A DNA stretch of 53,476 nt from a virus (Duplodnaviria; Caudoviricetes). Position 1 is the first letter of the stretch. Each line of letters begins with the position of its first letter. Positions 1 through 8,740 of the stretch are shown here, in pieces. The DNA lies in IMG/VR virus record IMGVR_UViG_3300017741_000006, positions 1 through 53,476 of that record; one strand, given 5' to 3'. The notes under the pieces were generated by a model. It was not told where the DNA came from, made no database searches, and was given only the letters and a program-made list of their open reading frames with translations. The position numbers were made by a program, and so were the translations under genes.

Positions 1-2
1 GT

Positions 3-122
3 AGATATGCTGGCGGCGGAGTTGATAGAACTATTAAAGGATACATTTCTAATTTTAGAATTGTAAAAAGTGCACTATATGCTAATTCATTTACACCGCC
101 CACTGATGAGCTAGAAGGTTAA
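3..122 (+). CDS. 3' end of a LamG/concanavalin-A-like virion fibre protein (partial, runs off window)
   Basis: Hand translation RYAGGGVDRTIKGYISNFRIVKSALYANSFTPPTDELEG*; the GYISNFRI..Y..FTPPT motif is typical of the C-terminus of phage LamG domains. Confidence 0.6.
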   Translation, partial: RYAGGGVDRTIKGYISNFRIVKSALYANSFTPPTDELEG

Positions 123-145
123 AGAGTAATGAGAGGATTTAACAA

Positions 146-1345
146 ATGACAAGAAACAGAGACATTGCTCAGATTCTAGGTTTAACAGAAGCTGAAAATA
201 CTACTAATGCTTCACTAGGCGACGGATCTGGTGGTGGAGGTAGCGTAACTACGCATGATTTATCAGATACAGCTGATGTATTTTCTTTAGATACTTCTAC
301 TTTTGAAGATGGTTCGTTTCATTATCTATCTGGAAGTAGTACAATGCTTTATTTTGATAGTGATGGAGATACCTTTTTTACATTAGATGGTACCGCGATC
401 GAAGCTTGGTCTAGTAATGGTGAAACCTATGGTTATTCAGTAGGTGGTTATACGCCAAATACTGCAAATAAACAAATACAAAGGTTTGCTTTTGCATCAG
501 ACGGAAATGCTACAGATATCGGTGATTTAGCTTCTGGTAGACGTGCCGCAGCAGGAGCGTCTTCATCTACACATTCATACGCCGCGGGTGGACGTGTTCC
601 AAGCCCGAGCGGGGTGAATACTATTTCGAAATTTGCATTTGCAAATGAAGCAACTCAAAACAATTTGTCTACTACTCTACCTAAAGTTGTCACTCAGACT
701 AGTGGAGCAATGAGTGAGACCCATGGATTTTCTTTAGCTGGTAATATGCCAAGCTTCGATCGTGATATCTTTAGATGGTCTTTTTCTAGTGATACTGAAA
801 CAGCAACGACTCATGCACAAACAGGTGCGTATTATAATACATATACACTAGGAATCTCTGGTCCAGATTATGGATATGTAGTATCAGGTAACCAACCTAG
901 TAACTCTCCAAATAATTCTCCTACAAATAATCCGTCCTTATTTCCAAATGCAAATAAAGCGATTGAAAAGTTTTCATACGCATCAGAAAATACAATTAAT
1001 CTTCATGGTAAACTAGATCAGCAACATGGGGTTGGGCCATCAGGAGGTACATCGTCTACACACGGTTATGTTGCAGGAGGAAAGGGTATTCCTGGAACAG
1101 GACAAGTTAACTTTATTAGTAAGTTTCCATTTGCTAGTGAAGATGTTGCATCCGATATTGGTGACTTGACTAACGCGCGCGGTACCTCGGCAAGCTCAAA
1201 CAGTACAGTATCTGGTTATGTAGCAGGTGGCTCGCCAAATTATAGTAATACCATCGATAAATATTCTTTCTCTACTGACGGTAATGCTACTGATGTTGGA
1301 GATCTAGTATATGACACGTATCAAGCACATGGTGCACAAGTTTAA
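146..1345 (+). CDS. Virion structural/fibre protein with Kelch-like beta-propeller repeats
   Basis: Repeated GY.AGG...I.KF.FA.D.NATD.GDL units, Gly linker after the N-terminal segment, SD GAGGA upstream. Confidence 0.6.
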   Translation: MTRNRDIAQILGLTEAENTTNASLGDGSGGGGSVTTHDLSDTADVFSLDTSTFEDGSFHYLSGSSTMLYFDSDGDTFFTLDGTAIEAWSSNGETYGYSVGGYTPNTANKQIQRFAFASDGNATDIGDLASGRRAAAGASSSTHSYAAGGRVPSPSGVNTISKFAFANEATQNNLSTTLPKVVTQTSGAMSETHGFSLAGNMPSFDRDIFRWSFSSDTETATTHAQTGAYYNTYTLGISGPDYGYVVSGNQPSNSPNNSPTNNPSLFPNANKAIEKFSYASENTINLHGKLDQQHGVGPSGGTSSTHGYVAGGKGIPGTGQVNFISKFPFASEDVASDIGDLTNARGTSASSNSTVSGYVAGGSPNYSNTIDKYSFSTDGNATDVGDLVYDTYQAHGAQV

Positions 1346-1361
1346 TAAGGATATATAAATT

Positions 1362-1820
1362 ATGTTAGCATTATTAGGATCATTATTAGGATTTGCTGGT
1401 TCGGCAGTTCCTGCAATTACAGATCATTTTGCATCGAAAGAAGATCGCAAACATGAACTTGACAAAATGCGAATGCACGCTGAGCTTCGTAAAGAAGGAT
1501 ATGACTTTGATCTAAAGATTCATGAAGCAATGGGTGCAGATACAGAGCATCAAAGGTTAATCGATCATGATATTTCAATTAACAAAGGAACTGGGTTTAT
1601 CTCTGGTTTACAAAAGTCAGTTAGACCCGTTATCACTTATGCATTCTTTGGATTATTTGCTACTATTGAAATTACCCTTTTAATGGATGCTATAGATAAA
1701 GGTACAGAGTTTAATGAAGCAATTCAGTTACTCTGGGATGACGACACAAAGGCGATATTCGCCGCAATTATATCATTCTGGTTTGGATCCAGAGCAATTG
1801 ATAAGGCAAGAAGAAAATGA
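1362..1820 (+). CDS. Holin-like membrane protein (GTA holin 3TM family-like)
   Basis: N-terminal hydrophobic helix, SVRPVITY motif, two further TM segments, C-terminal FWFGSR plus basic tail. Confidence 0.6.
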   Translation: MLALLGSLLGFAGSAVPAITDHFASKEDRKHELDKMRMHAELRKEGYDFDLKIHEAMGADTEHQRLIDHDISINKGTGFISGLQKSVRPVITYAFFGLFATIEITLLMDAIDKGTEFNEAIQLLWDDDTKAIFAAIISFWFGSRAIDKARRK

Positions 1821-2023
1821 GAGAAATGATTTTAGACGCTTTAGTAAAGAATGCTGAAGGTTGCATTGCTTTACATAAAGCAAATATTGAAGTATATTTA
1901 AATTCATCAACAGGAATCGGTGAGCATAGTGATGTCCTTGAGGCGATTCAAAGCGAACTAGATAAAATTGCAGAACATCAAGATAGATTAGATGTTCTCT
2001 ATACACATTTTAAAGAGGTATAA
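1817..2023 (+). CDS. Conserved small hypothetical protein of marine T4-like phages
   Basis: KANIEVYL..GIGEH.D motif; ATGA overlap with the upstream gene. Confidence 0.6.
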   Translation: MREMILDALVKNAEGCIALHKANIEVYLNSSTGIGEHSDVLEAIQSELDKIAEHQDRLDVLYTHFKEV

Positions 2024-2025
2024 TA

Positions 2026-2274
2026 ATGGCACTTACACCTAAAGGTAAGAGAGTTAAAGAACTAGTTCTCACCAATTTAGCAGTTTATGCTGATGCAAAA
2101 TTTAAAGCAGCAAAACTACAATTAGAAAATGAATTTAATAATCATGCAACTGAGCAGAGTGATAAGAACATTAAAATCGGCTCATCTAATGAAATTAGAG
2201 AAAAATATGATCCAAGAATTTCAGAACTTTTAACTTGGAAAAGATATAAAGAAATTCTAGAAGACCTCTCATAG
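2026..2274 (+). CDS. Hypothetical protein
   Basis: ORF with SD GAGG, packed in operon. Confidence 0.55.
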   Translation: MALTPKGKRVKELVLTNLAVYADAKFKAAKLQLENEFNNHATEQSDKNIKIGSSNEIREKYDPRISELLTWKRYKEILEDLS

Positions 2275-2308
2275 TAAAAAATATTTTACTACTATATGTC
2301 ATTTAACT

Positions 2309-2338
2309 GTTTACAAAACTTGCGTTTTGATATATAAT
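2309..2338 (+). promoter_or_regulatory. T4-type early promoter upstream of nrdJ
   Basis: GTTTAC (2309-2314), 18 nt, TATAAT (2333-2338). Confidence 0.7.
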
Positions 2339-2381
2339 AGTATCATAATCAAAAATTTCTATTTTACACAGAGGTATTCGG

Positions 2382-4598
2382 ATGGCATCAACATATGTTG
2401 ACACAAGAAAGTTTTTGTCCGAGACCAAGTTCTATGAAGGCTATTCTCGATACGTCGAGAATGAAGGTCGTTATGAGACTTGGAATGAAGCAGTCGACCG
2501 TGTTATCGACATGCATAGCAAAAACTATAATCAAAAAAGCAATGAACTAGCTTCATATTTAGAAGAAGCTAGACAAGCATATTCAGAACAACGTGTACTT
2601 GGTGCACAGCGCGCGTTACAATTTGGTGGTGATCAATTAATGAAACACCAAATGCGCATGTATAATTGTACGTCATCGTATGCAGATCGCGCAGAATTTT
2701 TTGGCGAGATCTTTTATATTCTATTATGTGGTGCAGGTGCAGGATTCTCTGTACAAAAGCATCACATTAAAAAATTACCGAAACTTACGGCTCGCACAAA
2801 GCAAGCAAAGGGATATGTTGTAGAAGATTCTATTGAAGGCTGGGCTTCAGCTCTTGATGTTCTTATGTCATCCTATTTCGTTGGTGGAGGAAAGTTTTCT
2901 GACTATGAAGGTCGTCGCGTATTCTTCGATCTAAGTCAAATTAGACCTAAAGGTGCTAAAATCTCTGGTGGTTTTAAAGCACCTGGTCCAGAGGGCCTTC
3001 GTCGCTCTTTGGATAAAATCGAACATTTACTTCAAGGTATTGTACTGGATTCTAAAGACCCGGTATCGATAAGACCGATCGATGTATATGATATTGCTAT
3101 GCATGCAGCAGATGCTGTATTGTCTGGCGGTGTACGTCGTTCAGCTACTATCTGTTTATTTTCTCCTGATGATGAAGAAATGATGACAGCTAAAACTGGT
3201 AATTGGTTTGTCGATAATCCACAAAGAGGTCGATCCAATAACTCCGCAGTTATCGTTAGAGATAAGACTTCACCTGAACAGTTTGGCAAGATCATGGAAT
3301 CTGTAAAACAGTTTGGTGAGCCAGGATTTGTCTTCGTTGAATCAACTGAACATACTACCAACCCATGTGTTGAAATCGGTATGTTCCCTCAGATTGGTAA
3401 AAAGTCTGGTTGGCAAGGTTGTAATCTTACAGAGATTAACGGAGGCATGTGCAATACCAAGGAAGACTTCTTTAAGGCATGCCGAGCAGCGTCTATCCTT
3501 GGTACCCTACAAGCTGGGTACACAGACTTCAAGTTTTTGTCAGACACATCAAAGAAAATCTTTGATCGTGAAGCACTTCTTGGAGTATCTATTACCGGAT
3601 GGATGAATAATCCAGGTATTCTTTTTGATGCTAAAATCCTAGAAAAAGGAGCACAGATCGTTAAAGACACTAATAAACAAGTTGCAGAAATTATTGGTAT
3701 TAATCCTGCAGCTCGTACGACTTGTGTAAAGCCAAGCGGTAATGCTTCAGTATTACTTCAAACTGCATCAGGAATACATGCAGAGCATTCAGAAATGTAT
3801 ATTCGAAATGTGCAGCTCAATAAAGAGTCAGAAATAACACAAGCTATCATTAAGTCTAATCCATATATGGTTGAAGAATCTGTATGGTCGTCTAATGGTA
3901 CTGATGTTGTAGTATCATTTCCAATTCTTCCTAATAAAGAATCGATTATCAAAGACGATTTAATAGGAGTTAAACATCTAGAGCTTGTAAAGAAAGCACA
4001 AAAACACTGGGTAGATGCAGGCACAAATGAAGATCTATGTGCTGACAAAGGCGTAAGACATAACGTTTCAAACACCATTCTTGTTGATGATTGGGATGAA
4101 GTAGAAAAGTATGTTTTTGAGAATAGACATTCATTTGCTGGTATCTCATTCCTATCAATGATGGGCGATAAAGACTTTAATCAAGCTCCTAACACCGCAG
4201 TAATTACGTCGAAAGAAATGGTAAAGAAATATAATGATGCTGCCATTTTTGCATCAGGCTTGGTTGTTGATGCTCTTAAAGTATTCCCAAATCTTTGGGA
4301 TGCCTGTTCAACGGCACAAGGATTTGGATTAGATATTAGTTTGGAGTCTTCGGAAAATGCTGCAAGGCAGGATTGGGTACGTCGATTTAATAACTTCTCA
4401 GAAAATTATCTTAAGGGTGATGTTAAAAAAGCTGAATATTGTCTTAAAGACTCATATCTTCTTCATAAGTGGAATAAAATTCAAACTAATATGAAGCAAG
4501 TTAATTGGATAGAAGATCTTACGGAAAAGAAATATACAGACGTTGATACACTGGGTGCAGCTGCTTGTGCAGGTGGTGCTTGTGAAATCGATTTCTAA
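2382..4598 (+). CDS. nrdJ: Class II (adenosylcobalamin-dependent, monomeric RTPR-type) ribonucleotide reductase
   Basis: YNC, GGVRRSA, TNPCVEI, CNLTE and CVKPSGNAS motifs; C-terminal CAGGACE redox tail; no nrdB nearby. Confidence 0.9.
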   Translation: MASTYVDTRKFLSETKFYEGYSRYVENEGRYETWNEAVDRVIDMHSKNYNQKSNELASYLEEARQAYSEQRVLGAQRALQFGGDQLMKHQMRMYNCTSSYADRAEFFGEIFYILLCGAGAGFSVQKHHIKKLPKLTARTKQAKGYVVEDSIEGWASALDVLMSSYFVGGGKFSDYEGRRVFFDLSQIRPKGAKISGGFKAPGPEGLRRSLDKIEHLLQGIVLDSKDPVSIRPIDVYDIAMHAADAVLSGGVRRSATICLFSPDDEEMMTAKTGNWFVDNPQRGRSNNSAVIVRDKTSPEQFGKIMESVKQFGEPGFVFVESTEHTTNPCVEIGMFPQIGKKSGWQGCNLTEINGGMCNTKEDFFKACRAASILGTLQAGYTDFKFLSDTSKKIFDREALLGVSITGWMNNPGILFDAKILEKGAQIVKDTNKQVAEIIGINPAARTTCVKPSGNASVLLQTASGIHAEHSEMYIRNVQLNKESEITQAIIKSNPYMVEESVWSSNGTDVVVSFPILPNKESIIKDDLIGVKHLELVKKAQKHWVDAGTNEDLCADKGVRHNVSNTILVDDWDEVEKYVFENRHSFAGISFLSMMGDKDFNQAPNTAVITSKEMVKKYNDAAIFASGLVVDALKVFPNLWDACSTAQGFGLDISLESSENAARQDWVRRFNNFSENYLKGDVKKAEYCLKDSYLLHKWNKIQTNMKQVNWIEDLTEKKYTDVDTLGAAACAGGACEIDF

Positions 4599-4791
4599 AA
4601 TTGCTTCTCCTTGTATAAGTGTGTGTAAACTTGAGAACGGTCACTGCGTCGGTTGTGGCCGTTCTCAGGATGAAATAAGAGAATGGTTTTATGTAAATGA
4701 TCAAAGAAAAAAAGAGATAAGGGATCAAAGTGCAAAACGAATTCCGAGTAGAATGCGAAGAGTGCGACGCAGTCACGATTGTACTGGTTGA
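4582..4791 (+). CDS. DUF1289-family Cys-rich protein
   Basis: SPCISVC...CVGCGRS.DEI.EW signature; GTG start after AGGTGG is inferred. Confidence 0.75.
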   Translation: MKSISKIASPCISVCKLENGHCVGCGRSQDEIREWFYVNDQRKKEIRDQSAKRIPSRMRRVRRSHDCTG

Positions 4792-4867
4792 AGATGGTGA
4801 AGAACCAAAATATTGCTCAGTATGTGGAAGTCAAGCTAATATAGAAGATATATCCGAATTAGACTAA
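4730..4867 (+). CDS. Small zinc-ribbon protein (45 aa, not in ORF track)
   Basis: GTG start after TAAGGGA; VQNEFRVECEECDAVTIVLVEDGEEPKYCSVCGSQANIEDISELD* has two CxxC pairs. Confidence 0.65.
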   Translation: MQNEFRVECEECDAVTIVLVEDGEEPKYCSVCGSQANIEDISELD

Positions 4868-4879
4868 TATACATATTAT

Positions 4880-5281
4880 ATGTGGCACTATAAAAATGAA
4901 CAATTTGATACAACACCAGATGAATACCAAGGGTTTGTCTACCTCATTACAGAGCTCGACACCAACAAAAAGTATATTGGAAAAAAGAATTTTTGGAAAC
5001 CAAAAATCTTACCGATCACTAAGAAGCGTAAGAGAAGAGTACGTACGCGTACAGAATCTGACTGGAGAACATATTGCGGTTCCTCCGAAAAGGTCATGGT
5101 TTTGGTTGAATCAAAAGGCTTAGATGCCTTTAAAAGAGAAATCCTATATCTTTGTAAAACAAAGGGAGAAATGTCATACTATGAAGCTAAGCTTCAATTT
5201 CAGTATGATGTTCTTCTTTCTGATGAATATTACAACGAGTTTATTGGATGCAAAATACATTCCCGTCACATAAAAAAGTAG
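4880..5281 (+). CDS. GIY-YIG family endonuclease (endonuclease II-like, catalytic domain only)
   Basis: GFVY...YIG motif, conserved E (YYEA) and N (YYN). Confidence 0.75.
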   Translation: MWHYKNEQFDTTPDEYQGFVYLITELDTNKKYIGKKNFWKPKILPITKKRKRRVRTRTESDWRTYCGSSEKVMVLVESKGLDAFKREILYLCKTKGEMSYYEAKLQFQYDVLLSDEYYNEFIGCKIHSRHIKK

Positions 5282-5310
5282 TGTACATTTGCTTAAAAAT
5301 AGTATATAAT
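5281..5310 (+). promoter_or_regulatory. Early promoter upstream of rnh
   Basis: GTGTAC, 18 nt, TATAAT; member of the repeated promoter family. Confidence 0.75.
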
Positions 5311-5338
5311 ATATCTACAATTAAAAAGGATCTACATT

Positions 5339-6190
5339 ATGATTATTGTTGACTACAGCGGTATCTGTCTCGCTTCTATTATTGTAAACAAAACTCTAGA
5401 CGAAGATATGATTCGTCATATGACTCTTAATTCTCTTCGTATGTACAAGCAAAAATTCGGTGAAAAATATGGTGATATGGTCTTAGCTTGCGATGGACCA
5501 GGCAATTGGCGCCGCAGTGCATTCCCACAATATAAAGCAAATCGCAAAAAAGGTCGTAGTGAATCTGACTTCGATTGGAATACTGCTTTTACTATTATGA
5601 ATCGTATACGTGAAGAAATTAAAGAAAACTTTCCTTATCACGTGGTACATATTGAAGGTTGTGAAGCAGACGACATCATTGGTACTCTAGTAGAACGTAC
5701 ACAAGACTTTGGTAACTTTGAAGATGTAATGATTGTTTCTTCTGATGGCGACTTTAAGCAATTGCAAAAGTATGATAATGTTTCTCAGTTTTCTCCACTT
5801 ACTAAAAAGTTTGTAGAAGAAACTCATCCTCGTCAAAATCTTAAGCTTAAAATTCTTCAAGGCGATGCAGGCGATGGTATTCCGAATGTACTATCAGATG
5901 ATAACGTATTTGTTGAAGGCCTTCGTCAAACACCTTTATCAAAGAAAAAGAAAGAAGCTATTCTAGAAGATCTTGCTGAAGGTGAACTTCTTTATGCCGC
6001 ATCATGGTATCGTAATTTTCAACGCAACGAATTACTCATTGATTTAACTAATACGCCTCAAGATCTAAAGCGAAATATTATAAATAATTATGAGGCACAG
6101 GATCCTTGGCATAATAAAGGTAAGGTGTTTCCATATCTTGTTGCAAAAAGAATGAATAGGCTAATTGAAAGCGCACAGGAGTTTATTTAA
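5339..6190 (+). CDS. rnh: T4-type RNase H (5'-3' exonuclease/flap nuclease)
   Basis: WR...FPQYKANR, EADDIIG, SSDGDF.QL and GDAGDGIPN motifs. Confidence 0.9.
   Translation: MIIVDYSGICLASIIVNKTLDEDMIRHMTLNSLRMYKQKFGEKYGDMVLACDGPGNWRRSAFPQYKANRKKGRSESDFDWNTAFTIMNRIREEIKENFPYHVVHIEGCEADDIIGTLVERTQDFGNFEDVMIVSSDGDFKQLQKYDNVSQFSPLTKKFVEETHPRQNLKLKILQGDAGDGIPNVLSDDNVFVEGLRQTPLSKKKKEAILEDLAEGELLYAASWYRNFQRNELLIDLTNTPQDLKRNIINNYEAQDPWHNKGKVFPYLVAKRMNRLIESAQEFI
6079..6086 (+). promoter_or_regulatory. Possible T4 late promoter inside the 3' end of rnh
   Basis: Exact TATAAATA about 100 nt upstream of the 6190 ORF; could be chance in AT-rich DNA. Confidence 0.4.
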
Positions 6191-6606
6191 TGATTAAGTT
6201 TGTATATGAAGTTTTGTCTGAAATGGGCAAAAAGCGAACTAAAGAAGACAAAGTGAAGGTGCTTAAATCTAATGAAAGTTGGGCACTAAAGGATATTATC
6301 AGAGGGTCGATCGACTCTACTGTTAAATGGAATCTACCTCCCGGTGTTCCACCTTACACGGCATCTCAAGAACACAATCATCCATCTAATTTACTTAGAG
6401 AAAATACAAAGTTTAAATACTTTGTAAAAGGCGGCGAAGGCGACAATTTGCCGGCTGTCAAACGCGAAAAGATTTTCATCGGTTTGATCGAAAGCGTGCA
6501 TCCAAAAGATGCAGAGCTTGTTATTGCTATGGTAAATAAAGAGAAACCATACGGTCTTACACGGCCAATCGTAGAGGAGGCTTTCCCTGGTTTGCTAAAG
6601 GACTAA
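6190..6606 (+). CDS. Conserved T4-like phage hypothetical protein
   Basis: W.LPPG.PPY, KRE..FI.L.E.VHP.DA and VEEAFPGL motifs, recalled as common next to rnh in T4-like phages. Confidence 0.7.
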   Translation: MIKFVYEVLSEMGKKRTKEDKVKVLKSNESWALKDIIRGSIDSTVKWNLPPGVPPYTASQEHNHPSNLLRENTKFKYFVKGGEGDNLPAVKREKIFIGLIESVHPKDAELVIAMVNKEKPYGLTRPIVEEAFPGLLKD

Positions 6607-6640
6607 GTGGTTTAAACTTCAACTCATGGAGAATATTCCA

Positions 6641-6823
6641 ATGGTATTAAATCAACTGGACAGACTTAAGCAGGATTCTGCTGAATTAGAAATTTACGCA
6701 CAAAAATTAGAGAAAAGAGGCGACATGAATAGAAAATCCCTTATTATCGATAAGCTTAATTTCCTTAATCAAAGAATCCAATATATCCAGTCGAAAACGT
6801 TCACTCGAACTATTACCACATAG
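6641..6823 (+). CDS. Hypothetical coiled-coil protein
   Basis: GGAG SD at 6628; helical composition. Confidence 0.5.
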   Translation: MVLNQLDRLKQDSAELEIYAQKLEKRGDMNRKSLIIDKLNFLNQRIQYIQSKTFTRTITT

Positions 6824-6836
6824 GAGTAAAATAAGT

Positions 6837-6896
6837 GTGTACTATCTCTGCATTCTATGATATAATTAATTATTCAATGGTGCAGAGGTAGTATAC
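6837..6896 (+). promoter_or_regulatory. Early promoter embedded in a 16-bp inverted repeat
   Basis: GTGTAC 6837-6842 and TATAAT 6861-6866; 6837-6852 pairs with 6881-6896 (two G-U). Confidence 0.65.
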
Positions 6897-6917
6897 CTCA
6901 TTACAAGGTGTTATATT

Positions 6918-7487
6918 ATGAATCTTTTTATTCTCGATCAAAATCCAATTACTGCTGCACAATTGCAATGCGACAAACATGTACCTAAAATGATTGTCGA
7001 ATCTGCACAAATGCTATCGACCGCTCATCGTATTCTAGACGGCGAGCTAGGTAGGCGCAGGTCTAAATCAGGTAAAACTATGGTTAGATACTGGGAGCAC
7101 CCTAGCAGCAACTGGGAAAATATTCTATATAAAGCTGTACACACTGGTCATCCATGCACTGTATGGACAATGGAGAGCAGTGATAACTACTTCTGGCATT
7201 ACAATCACTTTGTTGCTCTTTGTGACGAATATACATATAGGTATGATAAGCTTCATAAATCAGACCGCGAGTTACGTGAAATACTTAGTCATTTACCTGA
7301 TAATATTCCGCGGGGCAACCAAACTGCATTTAAGTTAGCTATGAAATCTAATCCTGAATGCATGTTCGAAGATGCTGTTAAATCTTACCGTGCATTCTAT
7401 CAAACTAAACAACATCGCTTTAATATGATATGGACAAAGCGATCAGTACCAGAATGGTTTCAATATGCCGATTTACACGCTGCGTAG
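6918..7487 (+). CDS. denV: Pyrimidine-dimer DNA glycosylase / endonuclease V family
   Basis: MNLF.LD..P..AA...CDKHV.KM..E.AQML, HPC..W and EY..RY motifs. Confidence 0.75.
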   Translation: MNLFILDQNPITAAQLQCDKHVPKMIVESAQMLSTAHRILDGELGRRRSKSGKTMVRYWEHPSSNWENILYKAVHTGHPCTVWTMESSDNYFWHYNHFVALCDEYTYRYDKLHKSDRELREILSHLPDNIPRGNQTAFKLAMKSNPECMFEDAVKSYRAFYQTKQHRFNMIWTKRSVPEWFQYADLHAA

Positions 7488-7695
7488 AATTTCAACTAAA
7501 GAAGAATGGGATGTTAATTGTACGTTTCATGAGTTGGCTCCTATGCTAGAAGATGATGATGTTATTAAAGTATTATCAGTACCAAAGATTGTAACCGGTG
7601 TCGGAAATCTAAACTCTAAAACTGATGATGGATGGAAAGATACTTTAAGTAGAATTAAAAAGGGTGCTGGTAGAGGCAATACCATAAACATATGA
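7465..7695 (+). CDS. Conserved hypothetical protein (FmdB-like start without the Cys pairs)
   Basis: MPIYT start and K.DDGWKD.L.RIK motif; precedes phoH. Confidence 0.55.
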   Translation: MPIYTLRRISTKEEWDVNCTFHELAPMLEDDDVIKVLSVPKIVTGVGNLNSKTDDGWKDTLSRIKKGAGRGNTINI

Positions 7696-8369
7696 GAAGT
7701 ACAGTTAAAATTGATGATCTTGAAACTTATGATCCTATTACGGCAAATCAAAAGATTGCGTACGAGGCATGGGATGATGGAGATCATCTAGCATTGGTTG
7801 GATCTGCAGGTACAGGTAAGACCTTTATTGCCATGTACCTAGGACTTGAAGCTGTACTAGAAAAGCAATCTCCGTACGATAGTATTACTATCTTTCGATC
7901 TGTTGTGCCTACCAGAGATATGGGTTATTTGCCCGGATCTCTCGAAGAAAAGCAAGAAGTGTTTGAAACACCATATAAGAACATTGCTATGGAACTAATA
8001 GGGGGTGACCAGCCATATAAGCGTTTAGTGCAAAATCATATGGTCAAATTTTTGACTACATCTTATATTCGTGGAATGACTATTGACAATTCTATTGTGA
8101 TTGTCGATGAGTGTCAAAATTTGAGCTTCCATGAGTTAGATTCTGTAATTACTCGTATTGGTAACAATTGTAGGATAATTTTCTGTGGCGATTATCATCA
8201 ATCAGATTTCACTAATGAATCCGAAAAGGATGGTGTAATCAAGTTCATGAGAGTAGTCGAGCATCTTAAAAACTTCTCTGTCATTACCTTTAACTGGGAT
8301 GACATCGTAAGATCTGATTTTGTGCGTGACTACATCATGGCCAAAGAAATGTTAGGAATCAAACTATGA
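7692..8369 (+). CDS. phoH: PhoH-family ATPase
   Basis: GSAGTGKT Walker A, GYLPG, IRG.T, DECQN and GD..QSD. Confidence 0.92.
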   Translation: MRSTVKIDDLETYDPITANQKIAYEAWDDGDHLALVGSAGTGKTFIAMYLGLEAVLEKQSPYDSITIFRSVVPTRDMGYLPGSLEEKQEVFETPYKNIAMELIGGDQPYKRLVQNHMVKFLTTSYIRGMTIDNSIVIVDECQNLSFHELDSVITRIGNNCRIIFCGDYHQSDFTNESEKDGVIKFMRVVEHLKNFSVITFNWDDIVRSDFVRDYIMAKEMLGIKL

Positions 8370-8737
8370 AGAACTTTTTAATTGCTGTATTATTTACAAT
8401 GTTGCCGTGCACTGCGTACAGTCAGGTAACTGAAGGTCCATCAAAAAATGAGCCTCCATCTTTTCGAAATAAACCCGTACTATGTATGGATAAAGATCAG
8501 ATGATTGAAAACAGTAAACGTAATGAACTCGTGCCTCTTGTAGGATCAATTGGCAACACCTTTAATGGAGAAACAGACACGTTTCCAGCATTCTTTTTAG
8601 TTGTATATAATCAACAAGCAGGTACATACAGCTTCTTAGAATTTCATAAAGATGGATGGGCGTGCTTACTTGGTGGCGGCCGCAATGGTCTTATATTTGA
8701 TTATGAAGAAATTGATAGACAACTAGGGTGGGAATAG
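8366..8737 (+). CDS. Exported/periplasmic hypothetical protein
   Basis: Signal peptide MKNFLIAVLFTMLPCTAYS; two Cys in the mature part. Confidence 0.55.
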   Translation: MKNFLIAVLFTMLPCTAYSQVTEGPSKNEPPSFRNKPVLCMDKDQMIENSKRNELVPLVGSIGNTFNGETDTFPAFFLVVYNQQAGTYSFLEFHKDGWACLLGGGRNGLIFDYEEIDRQLGWE

Positions 8738-8740
8738 TAA

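Noticed and set aside
146-1345. Diversity-generating retroelement target
   Set aside because: No reverse transcriptase or template/variable repeat pair seen; the repeats are degenerate protein-level blades
1354-1361. Late promoter before the holin gene
   Set aside because: TATAAATT mismatches the consensus and lies between the SD and the ATG
2275-2381. Cobalamin riboswitch upstream of nrdJ
   Set aside because: Short, very AT-rich, no B12 box; the space is occupied by an early promoter
3032-4158. Alternative-frame and antisense ORFs within nrdJ (and similar ones in other long genes)
   Set aside because: Fully nested in well-supported genes and without protein-like features
4880-5281. GIY-YIG gene as a mobile homing endonuclease or intron
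   Set aside because: Only 133 aa with no DNA-binding extension; the flanking nrdJ and rnh are uninterrupted
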